A DNA stretch of 63,237 nucleotides, filler included, from Conidiobolus incongruus B7586 (GCA_000697335.1; 42 parts of 42 records of this genome joined end to end with filler, not necessarily neighbours in it), one strand, 5' to 3'; positions 1-13,480 are shown, counted from the whole stretch's first letter. The notes: generated by a model not told the origin, from the sequence alone. Numbers and translations: made by a program.

Positions 1-27
1 AGTCATTATTATTATGTAAATAAAACT

Positions 28-1300
28 TAACTTTGTATTTTTATTAATGGAAATTTTTTGTTATTAATAATAAATTAATATTTTAATATAAAATTTATAG
101 AAATATTTATATAATATAAATTTAATAGTTTTTTGGCTAATTTTTAATAAACCTTTAATACTTAAAAAATAGTTCTTTTTATTAAGAACCAATATTTGAT
201 ATTTTACAAATTAATTAAATTTTTATTTTTACAAAAATTTTCTGTTTTATAAGTTAGTCTTTTAATTACTAAAAGAAATTAAAATCATATTGGTTATGAT
301 CTAAGGAATATATTTTATATAGTTGTTTTTTCTAGTTATTTTTAATTAGAGAGTTTTTTATAGCTTTAGATTTATATATTTTATAATTATCATGCAAAAT
401 AATAAGTTTTCTTAAATTATATTAATATAATTAATTAAAAATATTTTTATTTAAAAAATCAAAAAAATATTTATTATTAATTGATTCCTTATTAGAATCT
501 AAATAAAAATAGCATATATCTTTATAATCCATTATAATTATTAATATTTGCTTATTAACAAAATACTTATTTAAAGGGATTTGTAAAAAGGGTTGATTTA
601 GCTTAATTTAACATCTTGATTTATGTTTTGATTATAAATTATATATAATGATTTAAGATTCATCAACTGTACTTATTTAACATAAAAGTTTAAGTTTTTT
701 ATAATAATTTAATAGGTTTTGTTTAGAAATAATTATTTAAATTTTTTTAAGCTTTAGTTAAATTTTAAATTAACTATTTTGTATTTTTATTAATTTAATT
801 TAATTTAAATTTTAAAATATATACAAAACTTATAAGATTAATATTAAAATATTTTGATAATTCTTTAGCTGAAATAAAATATTCTTTTTAATATTTTCTA
901 TAATGATTAATTAATAGAAAAGTAATAATTAAAATTAGTCTTTTAATTTTTGATAAGTTTTGTGTAATTTCTCTTTTAACTTTAAAATAATTTATCTAGC
1001 AATAAATTATTGAATTATATAATGCTTTATTATCAAAAGCTGCTTGTAAATTTTAAAAGACTTTAGATAATTTGTTGTTAAGTTTTGTAAATACTAAAAT
1101 AAAAGACTTTTTATGGTTATTATCTATTTTAAATATAATTAAATTAAATAACTTATTTTAAAAATTAATATATATATATATATATAATTCAATTCTATTT
1201 ATTTTCCTATTTGTTTCATATATATTTCTTTATTTAAAATTAATAAAATAATTGAAAAATCAGAAGTTAAAAAATTTCCTATTTTTTTAATTAATATTAT
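28..1300 (-). mobile_element. Degenerate mariner (DD34D) transposon, near full length
   Basis: Colinear with the 38640-39951 copy; remnants of LHDN and AAFD(E)ALL motifs; decayed TIRs at both ends; ends approximate. Confidence 0.9.
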
Positions 1301-1487
1301 TAATAATTAAAACATAAATTTTAATAATTATATTGAATAAATTTTTGAATTTTTTTATTTCTTAAATTTTATTTTTTTAATAATTTTTATTATATTTATT
1401 TTTGTTTGATATTAGTCTATTATATTTAATTTCTTTACTTAATATGTATTTTATTGATAATAAACTTTAAATCAAAAAATATATCAT

Positions 1488-1587
1488 NNNNNNNNNNNNN
1501 NNNNNNNNNNNNNNNNNNNNNNNNNNNNNNNTTAATTAATTAANNNNNNNNNNNNNNNNNNNNNNNNNNNNNNNNNNNNNNNNNNNN
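1488..1587. other. Artificial contig-joining spacer N44-TTAATTAATTAA-N44 (first of 41)
   Basis: Identical 100-bp spacer with stops in all six frames. It also starts at 3057, 4703, 6408, 7917, 9754, 11657, 13381, 14752, 16605, 18792, 20254, 21628, 23276, 24836, 27003, 28379, 30187, 31574, 32947, 34197, 35664, 37040, 38423, 40209, 41742, 43016, 44548, 45963, 47398, 48645, 49875, 51037, 52289, 53529, 54655, 55906, 58136, 59398, 60560 and 61780. Confidence 0.99.
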
Positions 1588-1691
1588 AATTTAACCATAA
1601 ATAATATAGAATTATATAAAATTCACAAAAAACCTTTAATTATAAAGATTATTTAAATTAACTATTTATTAATAAATTAATTTTTTTGATA

Positions 1692-3005
1692 TTACTTTAT
1701 TATTTAAATAATAAGAATTTTTTGTGATTGAAAAAAATAAAAATTTTGATATATATAAAGTAAAATTAAGTATATAATATAAAATTAATAATTTCTTTTA
1801 TTTTTAATAACTTTTTGTGATACTTTTGATAAAGATATAATATTTAAAAAATAGTTCTTTTTATTAAGGACTGAAATTTGATGTTTTACAAACTAATTAA
1901 ATTTTTTTACAAAAATTTTCTTTCTTGCAAGCTGGTTTTTTAATTACTTAAAGTAATTATAATCATATGAGTTATAATCTGAGGAATATACTGGATGTAG
2001 TAGTTCTTTTCAGTTATTTTCAATTAAAAAGTTTTTTATAACTCTAGATTTATATATTTTGCAATTATCATGCAAAATAATTAATTGTCTTAAATTATAT
2101 TAAGAATACCAATTAGAAATAGTTTTATTTAAAAAAGAAATATAATGTTTATTATAAATTAATTTTTTTTAGGATATAAATAAATATAGTATATATCATT
2201 ATAATCCATTACAATAATGAACATTCACTTATTAATAGAATCTTTATTTAAAGGAATTTATAAAGGGGTTTAATTTGGCTTAATCTAATACCTTGATTTA
2301 TATTTTAGCAAAGGATTATACAAAAGAATCTAAGATTCATCAATTAATTAATTCACTGTAAAAGCCTTGGTTTCTAGCTATATCTTAGTAAGTTTTATTT
2401 AGCCATAACTACTCTAGCTTTTTTTAAGCTTTAGTTAAATTATAAAATACCTATTTTGTATTTTTATTAATTAATTTTAATTTAAACTTTAATATTTATA
2501 AAATAATTATATGACTAATATTAAAATATCTTGATAATTCTCTAGCTATAATATAAAGGTGTTTTTTAATATAATTTTTCATTTTATTAATAATTATATG
2601 AGTAATAGTTGAAATTATTTTTCTAGATTTTGGTAGTTTTGGGTAGTTTTTCTCCTAGCTTTAAAGTAATTTACCTAGTGATATATTGTTGATTTTAATA
2701 ATGCTTCATTATTAAAAACTACATGTAAATTTTGAATGATTTTAGAGGGTTTGTGGTTAAGTTTTATTAATACTAAAATAAAAGACTTTTGATGGTTATT
2801 ATTTAGTTTAAATATAATTAAATTAGATAATTAATTTTAAAAAATAAATATTTTAATCAAAAAAATTATTATATTTTTATATATATAGTTCAAAACTATA
2901 TATTTTCTTATTTGTTTTATATATATTTTTTTATATGATACTAATAATATATTTGAAAAATCAGATATTAAAAAATTTCCTTTTTCTTTTATTATAATTT
3001 AATAA
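1692..3005 (-). mobile_element. Degenerate mariner (DD34D) transposon, near full length
   Basis: TA|TTAC TIR start; minus strand retains LHDNCKI and HPVYSSDYN; right end approximate. Confidence 0.92.
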
Positions 3006-3156
3006 TAAAAGAAAAATACCAAAAATTAACTAAAATTTTAAAATTTAATTTTAATTNNNNNNNNNNNNNNNNNNNNNNNNNNNNNNNNNNNNNNNNNNNN
3101 TTAATTAATTAANNNNNNNNNNNNNNNNNNNNNNNNNNNNNNNNNNNNNNNNNNNN

Positions 3157-4560
3157 AAGTATAATATTAAATTTTATTCTATTATATTATTAGTATATTT
3201 AATTATTAACCTTTTTTTTAAATAGGTAAAGATAGTTTTATAATAATAAAAGAAGAAATAATATAGCTAAAACAATTAGAGTTAATTAAAATATTAACAA
3301 GTATATTTATAAAATATCTAGTTAATATAAATAATAAAATGATAATTAAAGGTAAAATATTATAAGATAAATTAGTTATTAGAATATTTTTAATTTTTAG
3401 TAGTTTAATTAATTCAATTTCTCTAGTATATATAGTTTAATTTATAAAATCATTAGTTAACTAAAACTTTTGAAAATTAGATTAAAATCAATTAATTAAT
3501 TATAAAAGAAATAATTTTAAAATAATATTAATATTAATCAAATTTGATTTTTAGTTTATAGATTAAAATTGTTAAAAATTTAATAAAAATTATTTCTTGA
3601 AAAAACACTTATTAGCTTTATAATTAACTTATATCTTTTAATAATAGTTGTAATTTTTATTTACTCTTAAGTAAACTTTAACTTCTATACTAAAAGTTTT
3701 GTTATAAAGCTTTAAAACAGAAACATTTATTATTTGAGATTTAAGTAAATTAAAGTAAATTTTAAAAGATTAATTCTTAAGATAAGAAAATTTAATTATA
3801 AAATAAAAGATATTATCAATCACAATTATTATATTATAAATGTTAGAAAAAAAATATATTATCAAAATATTCCTTGTTAAGTAATTAAAGTTTTTTTTAA
3901 AAATTAAGGTATTATAATAACTTATAGATTTATTCCTTTTTAGTGATATTTAATATATTTAAACATATCTTATTAAATTTCTCAATTAATTACCTTGTAA
4001 AAGTTTTTTATTTAATTTAAGAAAGCTTTTCTCTTGTTAATTAAACTTAATTTTTTTAGTAATACCTTTCTTTAAAGCTTTTTCTAATTATTTAAAGGTT
4101 TGTATTTTTATAATAGGTTATCCCCTTAAAACTCTTTAAGATTAAACTTATAATAAGTTAACTATTAAATATAAGTAGATTTTTCTAAAAAAAAAGTGCT
4201 TAATTTAAAGATATTTTTTAAATCTTTATTAAGAATTAAATTAAAATAATTCTTTATATTTTTAAAATAGTTTTTAAGTTTGTAAAAGTTTTTAAAATTA
4301 TTATAAGTGGTTAATTTATCTTTAAAAATATTAAAGAGATAGTTTAATATATTAACTATAATAAAATAACTAATTTGTTAGATTTAAGCTTTTTGAGCTA
4401 TATTTTTCTCAACCAAAAGTTATTTAATATAAGTTTTTTAGAAGGTAATAAGCTTTTAAAAACTAAAGTTTTAGATTCACTTAATAATTAAACTATTATC
4501 ATTATTAAAATAATATAAAGGTATTTTTTTAGTAGTATTATAATATATAATATTAAATTA
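3157..4560 (-). mobile_element. Degenerate LTR retrotransposon gag-protease region (probably Ty3/Gypsy)
   Basis: Homologous to four other contigs. Minus strand NILINSNCFSYIIS (core 3275-3283) reverts to ALIDSGCS, an aspartic protease motif. 3605-3652 reverts to a CX2CX6HX4C knuckle. Confidence 0.65.
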
Positions 4561-4802
4561 AAATAAAATAAATTATAAATAAAGTTTAAAATAATAATAA
4601 ATAGATTAAATATAAGTAATTATTAATTTTTAATAAGTTTTTAATAGTTTTATTATTATTATTATATAAGTATAATGGTAAATACTAATATAATATAAAG
4701 GANNNNNNNNNNNNNNNNNNNNNNNNNNNNNNNNNNNNNNNNNNNNTTAATTAATTAANNNNNNNNNNNNNNNNNNNNNNNNNNNNNNNNNNNNNNNNNN
4801 NN

Positions 4803-5102
4803 TTTCTAGATTTTAACAAATTTTAAATAATTTTTTTAATCTTAATATAATTTATTTAATAATAAATTAATAATTTAAATAATATTTTATTATGAAAATT
4901 TACTTGTAAATTTTAGATAAGTTTAAAAAGTTTATAATTTAGTTTTATTAATATTAAAATAAAAAACTTTTGATATTTATTATTTAATTTTAACATAATT
5001 AAATTAAACAACAAATTTTAAAATAATATTTTTTTTTGAATTTAATAATAAGTTTAAAAAATCAAAAATTAAAAAATTTTTATTATTTTAATTTTATGAT
5101 AA
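4803..5102 (-). mobile_element. Mariner 5' fragment with TIR
   Basis: Matches the N-terminal coding region, 5' UTR and TIR of the mariner family. Confidence 0.8.
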
Positions 5103-6507
5103 TAATTATAAAAACTATTAACCAAATACATAAGTGAAAATAATATTTTATTAGCTTATTTAATTAATAAACTAAAATAATAGCTGTTATAACACCAATA
5201 GAATATAAAGGTGTTTTTATAAATAATAAGATAATTTTAGGAAATTCATTATTAATAATATTAATTAAAAAAACTAATCTTTGCCTTTTTATATGGAACA
5301 AAAAATTTTAAAATAATATGACATATATTGCTAGGTGTTATAATCTATGAAAGCTTTTAATAATTATTTAATTATATTATCCTAATATTAGAAACTAATA
5401 TAATTGCTATGTTTTTAGAAACTTTCATTATTAATATTAATAAAAAAGCTATTTTAATTTAGGTAAGGTTATTTTGATAATATATATAAAATAGATTAAA
5501 AATATATATAAAAAAGTTTAAATGAAAAGAAGGTATATATGAGGTTATTAAATAAATATATAATAATTATCCAAAATACTTTTGTTTTATAATTAATATA
5601 GATTTTTAATAATATACCTAAAAATCTGTTTCTGATTAAAAAAGTTATTTTATAAATTATTAATTACTATAAATCATATATAATTAAATTTAATTAAACT
5701 TAATCAAAGTTGATTATAATTATTTAAGACTTTTATAGTTTAAAGACACTAAAAAGGTATGTCTTAATATTAATCCTAGATTACTGTTAAAAGACTAGGT
5801 TTTTAAAATCTTATATATATATTTTTATAATTGAATTAATTATATAAATAGTATTAAAATATTTAATAAACTAGGTTTTTTTTCTCTTTTTATTTTTATT
5901 ATTTCCAAGATTAAGAATATATTTTATCAATATTATTGTATATTGGCACTTCCTAATATAAATCCTAATATATCAATGACTTATCTCAGTTTGAAGCTTA
6001 ATTCAATCTTATTTACTTTTTTGTATTATACTACTATGTTCTATGATATATTATTTTTATATTAAGTTTTCTTTTATATTATATTAATAATTTTATCTTT
6101 ATATTTATAATTACTAAGCTAATTATTATATAATATAATTGTATATATCTCAAAATACTGATATTTTAATATATTTTTATATAATATTACAAACTTTTAA
6201 AAGTTTTATTTTATCTAAGTTATATATATCATTATAGTAATTATTATCAATTTTGCTAATATAATGTTTATCATAAGTAAATATTTTATAATATAAGTAT
6301 TATTTTAGCTTATTGAATAATCTTTATTTAAATTAATAATCAAATTATCTTAATATTATTGTTATGGTTTTATTTTCAATATATTTATTTTAAATTCTTA
6401 ATAATTANNNNNNNNNNNNNNNNNNNNNNNNNNNNNNNNNNNNNNNNNNNNTTAATTAATTAANNNNNNNNNNNNNNNNNNNNNNNNNNNNNNNNNNNNN
6501 NNNNNNN

Positions 6508-6618
6508 TGAAATATATAATTTCCTAGTTATTTCATATAAATTTGTATATTTAAAACTAATAATATATTTGAAAAATCAGAAATTAACAAATATCCCTTT
6601 ATTTTAAATTTAAGATAA
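6508..6618 (-). mobile_element. Mariner 5' terminus inserted at TA in a Tc1 copy
   Basis: GAAAAATCAGAAATTAA...TAAGATAA|TA followed directly by Tc1 coding sequence. Confidence 0.8.
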
Positions 6619-6620
6619 TA

Positions 6621-7568
6621 TTATATATATTTTCTATTAATATAGATATTATTTATATTTTAAAAAAAACATTATTAATTAAAAAAATTTAATATAAAGT
6701 TAATTGTGAATATCAATATTACTGTTAATATTAAACAAAAATTAACTAAAGTAAGGTTATTTAATTGAATAAAACAAAAATATAACTTAGTAAATTTAAT
6801 AAAAAAGTTAGATATTTCAAAAAAAAATACAAAACTACTTTGTAACTATTATATTAACTTCACCCAAAAATATAATACTAGGTCAATTATTGTTTAGGGA
6901 TATATATTGCCTTAAGATGTAAGATATCTTTTTAAAATTAATAAAGGAATTAATGCTAAGATATATTAAAATATTTTAAATAATAAATTAAAATAACTAT
7001 TGTATAATATAGGTTAAACAAATCTAATGTTATTTTTTAGCAAGATAATACCTTTTGTTATATTATAACTTTTATTACCAAATAGTTTAAAAATAACAAG
7101 ATAATAGTTATAAAGTAGCTTTTTCAATCTGTTAACTTTTATTTAATTAAATACCTTTAAAATTAATTAAAAAAAGTTATTAAGGCTTTTCCTCTAACAA
7201 AAGATTTAGATCAGTTTTAAGAATATATTTAAAAAATATAAAATAAGATTAACCCTTTTTAGTAAAAGAAGTTAATTGATTCTATACCTTATAAACTTAA
7301 AAAATTAAAAAAGTTAAAAATAGAAATACTAAGTTATAATTTTTTTTATCACCAAAAATCTACAACTTTATAACTTATCTTAGATAAAATTAAAGGTTTT
7401 ATATTTTAGCTAATTAATAACTAAATATCATTATCTAATAATAAAAATTATTAATAAATATAATAGATTTTGATTATTTAATTTAGGTTTATCTCATTAA
7501 ATATTAATTAAGTTATTAGTAAAAATATACATGTTTTTGATTTTATTACTTATTTTTATAGGTTAGTA
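6621..7568 (+). mobile_element. Degenerate Tc1 (DD34E) 3' part with complete right IR/DR
   Basis: F*QDNTFC remnant of FQQDNAPCH; ends ATTTTTATAGGTTAGTA|TA, the family terminus. Confidence 0.9.
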
Positions 7569-7570
7569 TA

Positions 7571-7916
7571 GTTATAAAATAATTTTTTTAATTTTTTAAC
7601 TTGAATTAAATATTTTTTTGATTATATAGAAAAATTGTTAAAACTTTCCTATTAGAAAAAATTTAGATTAGCTTTAAAAATATATGTAAAAATACAAAAT
7701 AAAATTAACCCTCCTTAATATAAAAAGTTAATAGGTTTTATATCTTATAATCTTAGAAAAATTAGAAAAGCTAAAGAAGAATATACTAAGCTTTAATTTT
7801 TTATTATCAAAAACCAGTCAATTTATAACTCATCTTAAATAAAATTTAAGAGTTAATATTTTAACCAATTAATAAATAAAAATAATTTATTAATAAATTA
7901 TAATATTAAATAATAT
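7571..7916 (+). mobile_element. Second Tc1 3' fragment (target of the preceding insertion)
   Basis: Resumes at the V-M-K-W-P-P-Q remnant and runs through the C-terminus and inner direct repeat. Confidence 0.8.
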
Positions 7917-9906
7917 NNNNNNNNNNNNNNNNNNNNNNNNNNNNNNNNNNNNNNNNNNNNTTAATTAATTAANNNNNNNNNNNNNNNNNNNNNNNNNNNN
8001 NNNNNNNNNNNNNNNNATATATTTACTTATTTAAATATTTCGAAAAAAATAATATTATATTAAGTTTATAATTATTTTCAAACAAAAAATAATTTTAAGA
8101 TATTAAATTAATTAATAAAAATAATTTGTAAATTGATACTTTTTTATTTGTTAATAGTTTGATTCAGACAATATTATTATAATAAATATAATTTTACTAT
8201 ATTCACTAATTCTAGATAAAATTTATTTTAATATTTAAATTATTTTTTTTCAGATAAATATCATTGTAATAACTAATTTTCATTTAGTATGAATCAAATT
8301 AAACAATTATTTATATGAAATAAAAAAATAATTGAAATTATCATTCTATAATTTATTTTTATTAAATGAATTTTGATTTTTAGATATAAAAATTAATATT
8401 TAAATAATTTGATTAATTTGATAAGTATAAATTAGAAAAATAAAAGATTAATTTAAATATCATAAAATATGGTGATAATATAATATGATTTTATTTCAAT
8501 TAATATATAGTAAATATTCATTATATTAACTAAAAAAATTTCGAATTCAATAGTCATATAAGAAAATTTTAATATTAATATAAAAATTTATTTATATTCA
8601 ATTTAAAATATTTTGATATTGAGTATATTTAAATAATTTAATATAATATTTGTTTCTTTTATTTTTAAAAATTTCATAAATTTTTAATTTTTATAATAAA
8701 GATATTTGTCATTCTCTTTTTTTTTTAAATATTTCATATATTTATTGAAATTATTTATTGAATATATGTCATTAAAGTGTTTTTTAATCGAGCAAAATAA
8801 TTATAATAAAATAGGATAGAATCAGGATAATAAAAAAGTTTTATAGATCTATCCCAATTTTTGATTATATTTATTTTGATAGTTTGAAATTTATACAATT
8901 TTCATTTATTTTATGATTTGATAATTTATTTTGAATTATATTCAAAATATCTATTAATTTTATTTTCAATTCTAAAAAGGTATAATTTTTAATAGTATAT
9001 GATAAACTTATAAGTAAAAAATAATAAAAAATATTAGTAAATTTTATTAATTAATTATTAATCAATTTTGAATATAATATTGATAGAAAAAAGTTTAAAA
9101 TATGGGTTTGATTAGATTGATTCAAATATCGTCATTTATAATTTTGGAAAATTTTAAACAATAAAATTAAATATATATATATTAATACAATATTCTATAA
9201 AATACGTGGTATTTAGTTTTAGCTAAAAAAATTCAATTTCTTAATAATAAATAAAGTCTTTTATATAATATATAAAATTTAAGATTATTATTTAATATAA
9301 TTTATTAGTTTAAAAATAATAGTTTATATTTATAATTCGTTTTACATACTCATTTGAAATCTTTTAGTTAATTTTATATAAAACCTATATTATTTCAGAT
9401 TTTGTTGGATTTTTTTCTTTTTTAATAACAAGACTAAAATAATTTTTTATAGTTAAACATTTATTATAAATTATCACTGAAATTAAAAATGAATATACCT
9501 GAAATTAAAAAAACATTGATTTTACAATATATTAATTAGTATATTGAAATTTTAAAAATTATGAAGGATAAATGTTAAATTTTTGTTATTAACAAAATAT
9601 TTCAACATAAACGACAATATGTTATTGTTATAAATTGAAATACAAAATTGTAATAATATTTTGAACAAAAAATTTATTTTAAATAAGTATTTATTTTATA
9701 TTTAATAGAGTTTTGTATTTATATATTAATTCAATTGAGGGATAATAATAAAANNNNNNNNNNNNNNNNNNNNNNNNNNNNNNNNNNNNNNNNNNNNTTA
9801 ATTAATTAANNNNNNNNNNNNNNNNNNNNNNNNNNNNNNNNNNNNNNNNNNNNAAAAAATTATTTAAATAAATTATATTTATTAAGTTAAATGTTAATTA
9901 TAGTTA

Positions 9907-11209
9907 TTACTCTATATTTTTGATAATGGGAATTTTTTACAATTCAAAATAAATAAATATTTTAATATAAATATATAAAAATAAATATATAATACAAATT
10001 TAATAGTTTCTTTTATTATTAATAGCTTTTTGTTATATTTTTAGCAAAGATCTAATACCTAAAAAATAGTTTTTTTTATTAAAGACTGAATTTGATATTT
10101 TATAAATTAATTAAATTTTTTGTAGAAATTTTCTTTTTTGCAAGTTGGTTTTTTAATTACCTAAAGCAATTATAATTATATAGGTTATAGTCTAGGGAGT
10201 ATATTGGATGTAGTAGTTTTTTCTAGTTATTATTAATTAGAAAGTTTTTTATAGCTTTAGATTTGTATATTTTATAATTATTATGCAAGATAATAAGTTT
10301 TCTCAAATTATATTAAGAACACCAATTAAAAATACTTTTTTTAAAAAAACAATATAAAATTTACTATTAATTGATTTTTCTTCAAGAACTAAATAAAAGT
10401 AGCATATAACATTATAATCTATTATAATAATTAATATTTATTTATTAATAAAATATTTATTTAAAGGGATTTGTAAAAGGGGTTTATTTGATTTAATCTA
10501 ATATCTTGATTTGTGTTTTAATAATGGATTTTACATAGGGATCTAAAATTCATCAATTATAATTATTTATTATAAAAGTTCAAGCTTCTAGTAATATTTT
10601 AGTAAGTTTTATTTAATAGTAACTACTCTAACTTTTTTCCAAGCTTTAGTTAAATTATAAGGTACCTATTTTATATTTATATTTATTAATTTGAGTTTAA
10701 TCTTTAATCTATATAAAATACTTATAAAACTAATATTAAAATGCTTAGATAATTCTCTAACTGAATAAAAAAGTTTTTTTCAATATATTTTTTTATTGTA
10801 TTAATAATTGAAAGAGTAATAGTTAAAGTTAGTCTTTTAGATTTTAACAAGTTTTAGATAGTTTCTTTTTTAACCTTAAAGTGATTTACCTAGTAATAAA
10901 TTGTTGAATTAGATAATACTTTATTATCAAAAGCTGTTTGTAAATTTTAAATAATTTTAGAGGATTTATGGTTAAGTTTTACTGATATTAAAATAAAAGA
11001 CTTTTGATGATTATTATTTGATTTAAATATAATTAAATTAAACAACCAATTTTAAAAAATTAATTTTTTAATCAAAAGAATAATTATATATATATATTAA
11101 AAAAATATATTTTTTTATTAACTTTGTATGTATTTATTTATTTAAACCTTAAAATATATTTGAAAAATCAGAAATTTAAAAATTTCTTATTATTTTAAAT
11201 TCAAGATAA
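9907..11209 (-). mobile_element. Full-length degenerate mariner (DD34D) with TA target duplication
   Basis: TA at 9905-9906 and 11210-11211; TIRs at both ends; HPIYSLDYN and *VPYNL remnants; 1303 bp. Confidence 0.95.
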
Positions 11210-11211
11210 TA

Positions 11212-11656
11212 TTATAATATTAATGTTAAAAAAATTCAATTTTTTAATTATTTTTAATTCTTTATAAAGTTATTATAACTTTATAATAATTAACTCTAAA
11301 TTATATAATATCTATATAATTTTTACTTTATTTATCAACTTTTTTTTAATTTTGTCTTTAATAGCTTTATTATTATTTAACTTAATAATATCATAATTTA
11401 TTTAAAATCAAAAGGAAAATCTATTTAATATTTTAACTAAGTTATATAAATTATTCAAAAATATAAATTATTTTCATAGTTATATTATTTTTTTTAAAGA
11501 AATAATATTAATTTAACTAAATTAAATGATATAAAAACCTTTATTATACTTATAAATAAACATCAACATATATTTATATTTAAATTATTATATTATTTTA
11601 AAGATTCATTAATTATTTTATTGGATTTATTATTTCTTTAATTAACCATTTAAGAA
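11212..11656 (+). mobile_element. Ty3/Gypsy reverse transcriptase fragment (continues from 9854-9906)
   Basis: Joining the flanks gives IFIKLNVNYSYYNI (F.KLD...GYH.I motif); LNNIII is the (Y)LDD remnant; colinear with the RT part of 16705-18791. Confidence 0.75.
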
Positions 11657-11756
11657 NNNNNNNNNNNNNNNNNNNNNNNNNNNNNNNNNNNNNNNNNNNN
11701 TTAATTAATTAANNNNNNNNNNNNNNNNNNNNNNNNNNNNNNNNNNNNNNNNNNNN

Positions 11757-13380
11757 TCCTTTTTGATTCTTAATTAAATTAATTTAAAATAAATTATATT
11801 ATAAATTTATATTATTTATTTATAATAAAATATATTTGATTAAATTATGTTAACTTTTAGTTAATATATTAAAATTTAAATTTTATCTAAGATAAGTTAT
11901 TATTAAGACTAAATAAATATAAATTGTTCTGTAGTTTAAGGAGCCAAGAATAGTGCTTTTTTAAGATATTAAATACATAAAAGGTCATTATAACTATTAA
12001 TATCTTATATAAAAATCTAGTGTTACTATTAAGTGAAAAACCTAGAATAATATAAAAAAGGGTTGATACAAATAATAAATATAAAGAATGATATATAATT
12101 CTAAAAAAAGTGATGGAAAATTAAGATTAAATTTATCAAGTATATTAGATATAGATATACTAAAAAACTATTTCCATATTTTTTAAAAAATGCTATTTCT
12201 AATAATAGCAATATAATATATTTATTATAAAATAGTTTTACTAATAATTAATATAGATATTTTATTTGAAGTTAATATTTTAAATGGATAGGATATCTAT
12301 ATTAAGTTAGAGAAAAAAGGGTTTATTAATTTAATAGATAAAAAATAAAAGTTCCTCTATTATTAAAATTTTATAATTAAGCTTATATAGTTGTGAAATA
12401 AATGCCAATATATTACAATAGTTATAAATTTATGTATTTTGGTCATAAAAAGAAAATAAACACTTAATATATCTATTTTTTGCTTTTTTAAGTTTTTTAA
12501 GTTTATAGGTTATAAAGTTAATTAATTTCTTATATTAAGAAAGATTAATTTTATTTTAAGCTTTTTATATATATATCTAGAGCTTATTTAAATTTTTTGC
12601 TAATGGGAAAGTTTTAATTATTTTTTTAATTAATCCTGAAGATATTTGATTAGATTAAGATTAAAAATAAAGAAAACCACTTTATAATTATTATTTTATT
12701 ATTTTTAAGGTATTTAGTAGTAAAGATAATAATATAATCAAAGATATTATCTTGTTAAGAAATAACATCTAATTTATTTAATCTATATTAATAAGTAATT
12801 TTTTTTAATTTATAATTTAAAAAATTTTACTATATCTTAATATTAATTCCATTATTAATTTATAATAATATTTTACCCTAGAAGATAACATATATTTTTA
12901 AACTATAATTAACCTATTATTATATTTTAGGTTAAAATAACGTAATAGCTAAAAAATAATTTTTTGTCTTTTCTAAAATATTTAGCTTTTTTATTATATT
13001 TACTAAGATATATTCTTGTTTTATTAAACTAAATAACTTTATTTTAATTAGCTTTAATTAAACTATAATAATGATATTTAAATTTTTATTTAATTATATG
13101 ATAAAACTCCTTTAATTAGGGGTGTTTTTTTTAAAATATAAATGATATCTACTATAATATAAAATATATATAATAATATTAATATTAATTAATATTTTTA
13201 TATAGCCTTATAATATTTTTTATTTTTATAATAATATTATATTTATCTATATTAATTAACTTATAAATATATCTTTCATTATAATTATTTATAATTTTAA
13301 CATATTTAAGTTTAAATTTAAATATATCTTTATTATAATTTTAATAGCTTTAACTATAATAAACTAGTTAATATTAATAA
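11757..13380 (-). mobile_element. Degenerate Tc1 (DD34E) interrupted by a solo LTR
   Basis: Colinear with 40309-41741 and 44670-45962; QDN and KW remnants. Confidence 0.9.
11901..12420. mobile_element. Putative solo LTR (520 bp) with 5-bp TSD GTTAT
   Basis: Absent from sister Tc1 copies; GTTAT at 11896-11900 and 12421-12425; termini TATTA...CAATA revert to TGTTG...CAACA. Confidence 0.75.
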
Positions 13381-13480
13381 NNNNNNNNNNNNNNNNNNNN
13401 NNNNNNNNNNNNNNNNNNNNNNNNTTAATTAATTAANNNNNNNNNNNNNNNNNNNNNNNNNNNNNNNNNNNNNNNNNNNN

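Noticed and set aside
1532..1543. TTAATTAATTAA recurring every 1-2 kb as a CRISPR-like or biological periodic repeat
   Set aside because: Always centred in exactly 44+44 N; it is an assembly linker with six-frame stops.
5105..6407. Possible gene or LTR in the rest of this contig (also 18950-20253)
   Set aside because: Only short hydrophobic frames and no convincing motif, terminus or second copy.
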